Shown: positions 38,280-43,896 of the stretch, piece after piece
How the letters are laid out: each line of letters opens with the position of its first letter
How positions within the stretch are numbered: position 1 is the stretch's first letter
Source: an uncultured archaeon
GTDB taxonomy: Archaea > EX4484-52 > JAADEF01
Direction: 5' to 3'
DNA length: 43,896 nucleotides
Assembly: GCA_964407715.1 (NCBI GenBank)
Contig: CAYOWP010000010.1
Location: forward strand, 1 to 43,896
The notes under the pieces: generated by a model
Database searches by the model: none
Told to the model about the DNA's origin: nothing
Seen by the model: the letters and a program-made list of their open reading frames with translations, nothing else
Position numbers and translations under genes: made by a program

Positions 38280-38428
38280 AGCATTATCCGATAATTCTCT
38301 ATTTGTTAAGCGGAAAAGTAACCTCTTAAAGAAGCGCATTAGAGCAGCAAACCTTATAGAGCTAATGCAATTGTAGGAGCAAGTTTTCTCGTTAATAAAT
38401 CCTCATCAAAAAATTATTTGACAATACC
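38280..38428. mobile_element. MITE-like element carrying one unit of about 94 bp
   Basis: AGCATTATCCGATAAT ... ATTATTTGACAATACC (degenerate TIRs); body matches 13197-13315. Confidence 0.8.
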
Positions 38429-38484
38429 TTCCATAGAAGCCTTAACAAAATCTATAAATATCTCTCCTTTCCTTAATATCTTTT

Positions 38485-40245
38485 ATGAAAAGCGATATAA
38501 CTAAAAAGGCATTAGAAATGAGCAAAGAGCAAAAGGCAATATCTGTGGCAGAGTTCTTTGAGAAAAACAGACACCTTTTAGGATATAATACACTACAAAA
38601 AGCCCTTCTTACAATTGTAAGGGAAGGAGTTGATAACTCTTTAGATGCATGTGAGCATGCAGGTATTTTGCCAGACATCTTTGTGCAAGTTGAAGATCTA
38701 GGAGATAACATCTATAAAGTTACTATTGAGGATAATGGTCCAGGAATCAAAAAGGAAAATGTTCCATATGTGTTTGGTAAATTGCTTTTTGGAAGCAAAT
38801 TCATGAAATTAGCCCAAACACGAGGACAGCAAGGTATAGGGATTAGCGGAGCTGTACTTTATAGCCAATTGACAACAGGAAAACCCACAAAAATCTATTC
38901 TAAGATAGGTGATGGCAATGTACACATTTTTGAGCTTGGCATAAATATTGAAAAGAATGAGCCTGATGTTTTGTATCACGAAACCCTACCAGGAAATGGG
39001 CATGGTGTTCGGTTAGAGATTTATGCAAAGGGAAAATATGTAAGGGGAAAACAAAGCATAGAGGAATATCTTAAGCAGACAGCAATCATGAATCCACATG
39101 CCCAAATAACATTCATTGACCCTGATGGGAATGAGATCATATATGAAAGAGTTATAGAAACCTTACCATCTTTACCAAAGGAAATTAAGCCACATCCCTA
39201 TGGAATAGAGCTTGGTTATCTGATGAGATTGCTCTCAAGAACAAAATCAAAATCTCTTTTATCTTTTCTTATGAAGGAATTTTCACGTGTTGGGGAAAAG
39301 ACTGCAAAGGAAATTCTTGCAAGAGCTTCTTTATCTCCTGATGATGCTCCTTCCTCTCTAACAAGAATAGAAGCAGAGAGATTACTTAATGCCATGCAAT
39401 CTATCTCTATACCCGCACCACCTACAGATTGTTTGAGTCCTGTAGGAGAGGAGGCAATAAAAGAGGGATTAAAAAAAGAACTCACTCCAGAGTTTGTTGT
39501 GGCAATATCTCGTAAACCAAAGGTGTATAGAGGCTTTCCTTTCTTGGTAGAGGTTGGGATTGCGTATGGAGGCAATATACAATTAGAAGTAGCAAAGATT
39601 TATAGATACGCTAACAAAGTACCTTTACTTTATGAGCAAGGAGCGTGCGCTTTAACAAAAGCATTTCAGGAAGTGGATTGGAAAAGATATGGTATCAAGC
39701 AATCCTCAAATGGATTTCCAGAGGCTCCTATGATAGTTAGCATTAACTTTGCATCTGTTTGGGTTCCATATACATCTGAAAGCAAAGAGGCTATAAGTCA
39801 TTATGAAGAGATCATTAAAGAAGTAAAGCTCGCCTTACAGGATGCTGCACGCAGTTTGCAGAGATATTTAAGCAAAGTGCACAAAGCAAAAGCAAGTCAA
39901 GAACGTAAGAGCAAGTTCATAAGATATATAGGAGAGATAGCAACCTCTCTTAGTATTCTTACATCTAAGCCAAAAGAAGAGATAGAAAAAAACCTAAATC
40001 TTCTTGTAGCGAAATTTGTTAAGGATTACTCAAAGGAAATTGCTGAGATGCAGGATAAGGATTATAGGGAGCATATTATGAGCGATAAGGATGAAGTATC
40101 AAAGGAAAAAAAAGAAGATCTTGAGATTACCTTAGAAAGTAATAAGGAGAGTAAGGATGTGGAATTCGAGATAGAATCGCTTATAGATGATATTAAAGTC
40201 AAGATTTCTCAAAAGAAATTATCTGATTATGGTGAGAAACAATGA
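38485..40245 (+). CDS. top6B: DNA topoisomerase VI subunit B
   Basis: SVAEFFEKN, E.VDNSLDA, EDNGPG, GSKF..QTRGQQGIGIS, KPHPYG, RYANKVPL. Confidence 0.97.
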   Translation: MKSDITKKALEMSKEQKAISVAEFFEKNRHLLGYNTLQKALLTIVREGVDNSLDACEHAGILPDIFVQVEDLGDNIYKVTIEDNGPGIKKENVPYVFGKLLFGSKFMKLAQTRGQQGIGISGAVLYSQLTTGKPTKIYSKIGDGNVHIFELGINIEKNEPDVLYHETLPGNGHGVRLEIYAKGKYVRGKQSIEEYLKQTAIMNPHAQITFIDPDGNEIIYERVIETLPSLPKEIKPHPYGIELGYLMRLLSRTKSKSLLSFLMKEFSRVGEKTAKEILARASLSPDDAPSSLTRIEAERLLNAMQSISIPAPPTDCLSPVGEEAIKEGLKKELTPEFVVAISRKPKVYRGFPFLVEVGIAYGGNIQLEVAKIYRYANKVPLLYEQGACALTKAFQEVDWKRYGIKQSSNGFPEAPMIVSINFASVWVPYTSESKEAISHYEEIIKEVKLALQDAARSLQRYLSKVHKAKASQERKSKFIRYIGEIATSLSILTSKPKEEIEKNLNLLVAKFVKDYSKEIAEMQDKDYREHIMSDKDEVSKEKKEDLEITLESNKESKDVEFEIESLIDDIKVKISQKKLSDYGEKQ

Positions 40246-41360
40246 CAAGTATATTTAAAGACAGCAAGGATGAAAAGGAGATTATAAAGGAGCTGGAGAG
40301 AATAGGCAACGAATTGCTTGAACAAATTGAGAATCAAGATAATCCATATTTGGAAATACCTGAACGCTCCTTAGGTAATGTATACTTTGATAAAGAAACT
40401 GGACTAATAAAATTGGGTGATAAAAAGCAAAGAAGATACTATTTCAATATAGCACAAGCTAAAAAATTCATGCAAACATTAGCAGTAATGAGCAAGATAA
40501 AGTGGCTGTTAGAAGAGGACAAGCCATCATTGAGCATAAGGCAGTTATATTATTTGCTTAAGCATACCATTTCCGGTTTTAAAGAAAACACCTTTGATAC
40601 ACAAGATGAAACTGATCCTATTGTTGAGGATGTGGAAGTTATGCTTGATGTCCTTAGAGAGAATCTACGCTTAATTGCTACACCAAATGGTGTTCTTGCT
40701 GGAGATATGATTGTTGAGGACAAAACAGGAGATATACTTGATTTCACAAAAATGGGTTCTGCTGGAGGAGCCATTCCTCCAATTGTAGAGGATAACTACT
40801 TTAAGATAAAGGAAATAAATGCAGATTATGTTCTCGTTATAGAAAAATTTGCTGTGTGGAATGTTCTTAATCAGCAGAAGTTTTGGAAGAAAAATAACTG
40901 CATTATTTTGACGGGTAAGGGACAGCCGGCAAGAGCAGAAAGGAGGTTGATACATAGATTAGCATATGAGTTTAATCTTCCTGTTTATGTTTTTACAGAT
41001 ATGGATCCATGGGGGTATTACATATACTCTGTATATAAGCAGGGCTCTATTAACTTGGCATTTTTTTCTGAAAAGGCAGGCACACCAAAAGCAAAGTTTT
41101 TAGGTTTTCAAACAAAGGATGTGAAGGAGTTTGATATGCCTCCATCATCTTTTATTAAGATGAAGGATATTGACTACAAAAGAATAAAAGAGCTTAGAAA
41201 TTATGAGTGGTTCAATAATACAGCATGGCAAAACGAATTAAAAGCCTTAGAGAAGTTTGGGAACAAGATAGAGCAGGATGCTTTGGTTAGCAAAAGTATT
41301 GAGTTTACCGCAGATGTTTATTTGCCCACAAAAATAGAAAACAAAGATTTTTTGCCTTAA
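40242..41360 (+). CDS. top6A: DNA topoisomerase VI subunit A
   Basis: SIRQLYY (catalytic Tyr), F..QDE.D, VIEK, GKGQP, TDMDPWG, K.EQDAL; ATGA overlap with top6B. Confidence 0.97.
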   Translation: MTSIFKDSKDEKEIIKELERIGNELLEQIENQDNPYLEIPERSLGNVYFDKETGLIKLGDKKQRRYYFNIAQAKKFMQTLAVMSKIKWLLEEDKPSLSIRQLYYLLKHTISGFKENTFDTQDETDPIVEDVEVMLDVLRENLRLIATPNGVLAGDMIVEDKTGDILDFTKMGSAGGAIPPIVEDNYFKIKEINADYVLVIEKFAVWNVLNQQKFWKKNNCIILTGKGQPARAERRLIHRLAYEFNLPVYVFTDMDPWGYYIYSVYKQGSINLAFFSEKAGTPKAKFLGFQTKDVKEFDMPPSSFIKMKDIDYKRIKELRNYEWFNNTAWQNELKALEKFGNKIEQDALVSKSIEFTADVYLPTKIENKDFLP

Positions 41361-41373
41361 AACGCATTATCTT

Positions 41374-41784
41374 TTAGAACTTCCATCCATATTCCAATAG
41401 ATGCTTTACAGGCAAAAATAAGTTATCGATTTTATTTAATTTTTTCTTTTCAATCCATACCCATCTTTCACATTTATCTGGTTCAAGATTTTTAAGCGTG
41501 CCTTTTACATTTTCTGCTTTCATAAAAACAGTGATATAATGCTTTTTAGCGTCTTTAAAATAATCGTTGGTTACACCAACAATTTTTAGGTTTGATATCT
41601 CAAGATTGGTTTCTTCTTTTACCTCTCTAATAGCACATTCCTCAAAGCTTTCTCCATATTCTAAATGCCCTCCAGGAAATTGCCAACTATTATTTCCATG
41701 TGTTTTTGATTTACGTAGACCAAGAAGCACCTTACCATTTTTCTCAATAATAACTGCCACACCAACTCTAACATGCTTATCCAT
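41374..41784 (-). CDS. NUDIX hydrolase (NUDT15/MTH2-like nucleotide sanitiser)
   Basis: RVGVAV, W.FPGGHLEYGESFEECAIREVKEETNL Nudix box, HYITVF, EPDKCE.W.W. Confidence 0.92.
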   Translation of the reverse strand: MDKHVRVGVAVIIEKNGKVLLGLRKSKTHGNNSWQFPGGHLEYGESFEECAIREVKEETNLEISNLKIVGVTNDYFKDAKKHYITVFMKAENVKGTLKNLEPDKCERWVWIEKKKLNKIDNLFLPVKHLLEYGWKF

Positions 41785-41851
41785 TTATGATCCCTTAATC
41801 TCCCGTTATATTTTTTACTTTTTCATAGAATTTAAATTATTTTATAATCAT

Positions 41852-42799
41852 GAGCAGTTTGGAAGCAGCTAACATTTCTTAAGGATTAGCTATATTTCCA
41901 GTTATCCAATTTATTTTAAAAAACAAAAAATGGTTAAGTGGAAGAATACCCCATGAATGAGCAATATTACAGCAGCTAACCTTTGAAAGCAGTTAGGAAG
42001 CAGGTAACCCTTAATAGAGGTTAGCTGCTCTAAAACATTTGTGTTAGCGATTTCTTTCCGTTAACCAAATTTTATAAAATAAAAATGGTTAAGGGGAGAA
42101 ACACATAATCAACTAATCTCATTGGAGCAGCTAACCTTTTTGAAGAGGTTTGTGAGCAGCTAACCTTAAAAATGAGGTTAGCATGCTACAAAACCTATGG
42201 TATTGGCGATATCCTGCCGTTAACCAATTATTTTAATAAAAATAGTTAAGGGGAAAAGGTCCTCTTAATGAAGCACATCACAACAGCTAACCTTTTTGAG
42301 AGGTTAGCTGCTCTCAAACCTTTGGAAAAAAGATATCTTCCTGTTAACCAATTTAAAATGGTTAACGGGAAGAGTACCTAATCAATTAGCCACACCAGAG
42401 CAGCTAACCTTTTTGAGAGGTTAGCTGCTCTCAAACCTTTGTATTAGCGATATCCTCCCGTTAACCAATTTAAAAAGAATAAAAAATGGTTAAGGGGAAA
42501 CCTAACCTTGTAAGAGACTATCCAGCAGCAGCTAACCTTTTATTCACGTGTATGAAGCGGCTAACCCAATAAAGCGGTTAGCATGGTGAAAAACCTTTGT
42601 ATTGGCGATTTCTTCATGTTAACCAAATCATTTAAAAAACAAAAATGCGAAATCTTCCAGTTAACCATTTTTTAAATTTTTGTTATTGGTTAACGAGAAA
42701 CATGACTTATAATAAAAGTATCTTGCAGCATGATAAACTTTTATTACATATTATCATGCTGCAATATGATTGCTTGGTTAGGTATCGTTTCTGTTCACT
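41852..42799. repeat. Tandem array of about 8 modular palindromic units (5 intact)
   Basis: Intact units 41932-42066, 42087-42225, 42244-42349, 42360-42466 and 42488-42624; partial or degenerate at 41852-41907, 42647-42666 and 42688-42799. Confidence 0.9.
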
Positions 42800-42856
42800 A
42801 GATTTTTAAAATTAATAAAAAGAACTTTTTTAAACTTCTTTGCCTGAGTTATCATT

Positions 42857-43783
42857 ATGAAGTGCAGTTTATGTGAAAGGGATGCTGTCATCTATAGAAA
42901 ATATAAAGGGGTTGCTTTGTGTGAAAGACATTTTATTAGAAGCATCGAGAGAACATTTTTAAAAACGATAAGAAAATACAATCTTATCTCCTATGGCGAG
43001 AAAGTTGCTGTTGGGTTGTCAGGTGGAAAGGATTCTTCTGTGCTTCTTTATCTTTTAAAAAAATATCAGAAAAAGTATGGTATCAATGTAGAGGCTATAT
43101 TGGTGGATGAGGGAATAAAGGGATACAGAGAAAAAACAAGAAGAAATGCTGAAAAATTCACAAAGGAATTAGGAGTAAAATTACATACAATTACTTTCAA
43201 AGATATCTTAGGAATGACATTGGATGATGCAGTGAAAATAGCAAAAGAAAGAGGAGAAAAAATAAGGGCATGTACAATATGTGGTGTATATAGAAGATAT
43301 GCTTTAGATTTAAAAGCAAAAGAAATTCAGGCAGACAAATTAGCAATTGCTCATAATTTAGATGATGAGGTTCAAAGCATAATGTCAAATTATTTGAGAG
43401 GAGATCTTCTAAGAGCTGCACGTCTTGGTCCAAAACCATATGTAATAGAGAGAGTGTTTGTACAAAGAATAAAACCTCTATTGTTTATCCCAGAGAAAGA
43501 AGTTGCATTATATGCCATGCTTAAGGAGTTACCTGTTAACTTTGATGAATGCCCCTATGCTCACACATCTTTTAGATGGGAAGTCCGCGAAATCATTAAT
43601 TCATTAGAAGTAAAGTACCCAGGAATAAAGTTTAATATAATAAGAACTTATGAAAAAATAATGCCTTGCATAAAAGAAATGCTACCTAAGAGGATATACA
43701 AATGCGCAATATGTGGTATGCCAACATCTAGAAAAATATGTAAAGCATGTGAAATAAAAAGACTTCTTGGTATTGAGAAGTGA
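42857..43783 (+). CDS. tRNA 2-thiolation protein, TtuA/NcsA (TIGR00269) family
   Basis: N-terminal C..C...C..H, PP-loop SGGKDS, C..CGVYRR, HNLDDE, RIKPL, CPY, C-terminal C..CG...C..C. Confidence 0.9.
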   Translation: MKCSLCERDAVIYRKYKGVALCERHFIRSIERTFLKTIRKYNLISYGEKVAVGLSGGKDSSVLLYLLKKYQKKYGINVEAILVDEGIKGYREKTRRNAEKFTKELGVKLHTITFKDILGMTLDDAVKIAKERGEKIRACTICGVYRRYALDLKAKEIQADKLAIAHNLDDEVQSIMSNYLRGDLLRAARLGPKPYVIERVFVQRIKPLLFIPEKEVALYAMLKELPVNFDECPYAHTSFRWEVREIINSLEVKYPGIKFNIIRTYEKIMPCIKEMLPKRIYKCAICGMPTSRKICKACEIKRLLGIEK

Positions 43784-43792
43784 TAAGGTTGA

Positions 43793-43896
43793 TTATATCT
43801 CAGATTTAGGAACAGCACTTATAGTGTAAACAGGCCCATTCTCTCTACTTAGTATCTTATATTCCTTAGTTTCTGGGTTTAATAAAACTAATGGAA
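43793..43896 (-). CDS. 3' end of a CDS entering from beyond the window (...PLVLLNPETKEYKILSRENGPVYTISAVPKSEI*)
   Basis: Open frame from the window edge to TAA at 43795-43793, convergent with the thiolase gene. Confidence 0.5.
   Translation of the reverse strand, partial: PLVLLNPETKEYKILSRENGPVYTISAVPKSEI

Noticed and set aside
1095-38428. Target-site duplications at the MITE copies other than 28641
   Set aside because: Flanks match at best 6/9 (38280 copy) in AT-rich DNA, which is not distinguishable from chance
41852-42799. CRISPR array
   Set aside because: No constant 25-40-bp direct repeat with unique spacers; the variable parts recur as arm families, the period is 115-160 bp, and there are no cas genes in the window
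41852-42799. Replication origin with ORB elements
   Set aside because: No ORB-like G-string consensus, no adjacent orc1/cdc6, and the same unit is dispersed at ten loci

Overview
AT-rich, gene-dense archaeal chromosome segment, most likely from a DPANN lineage. This is inferred from archaeal-type Top6A/B, PolB, RadA, RPA, DnaG, PAN, AdkA, Nob1 and aaRSs, GGTGA-type ribosome-binding sites, scattered unclustered housekeeping genes and DPANN-style surface proteins. Most genes are housekeeping, and there are two intron-containing tRNAs (Tyr-GTA, Leu-CAA). The unexplained structure is mostly non-coding. Ten intergenic gaps (about 3 kb, about 7% of the window) carry a modular palindromic repeat family with units GGTTAA(C/G)GG(G)AA...GCAGCTAACC-N9/10-GGTTAGCTGC...TTCCCGTTAACC. 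The units have stepped lengths (about 81/94/107/135 bp), arms shuffled in different combinations, and spacers of about 10 or 20 bp. They occur both as tandem arrays and as cargo inside MITE-like elements with GGYATTGTCCAATAAT terminal inverted repeats. Other notable candidates are: a box C/D-like guide in the tRNA-Leu intron positioned for Cm34; an apparently split type IV pilin whose C-terminal half sits on two separately secreted beta-helix proteins; a membrane gene split by one in-frame stop next to its intact paralogue; an MtrA-like/ThyA/DUF4346 fusion; and an RHH gene with a phased heptamer array inside a possible tRNA att remnant. All family calls come from motif recognition by eye, not database searches.
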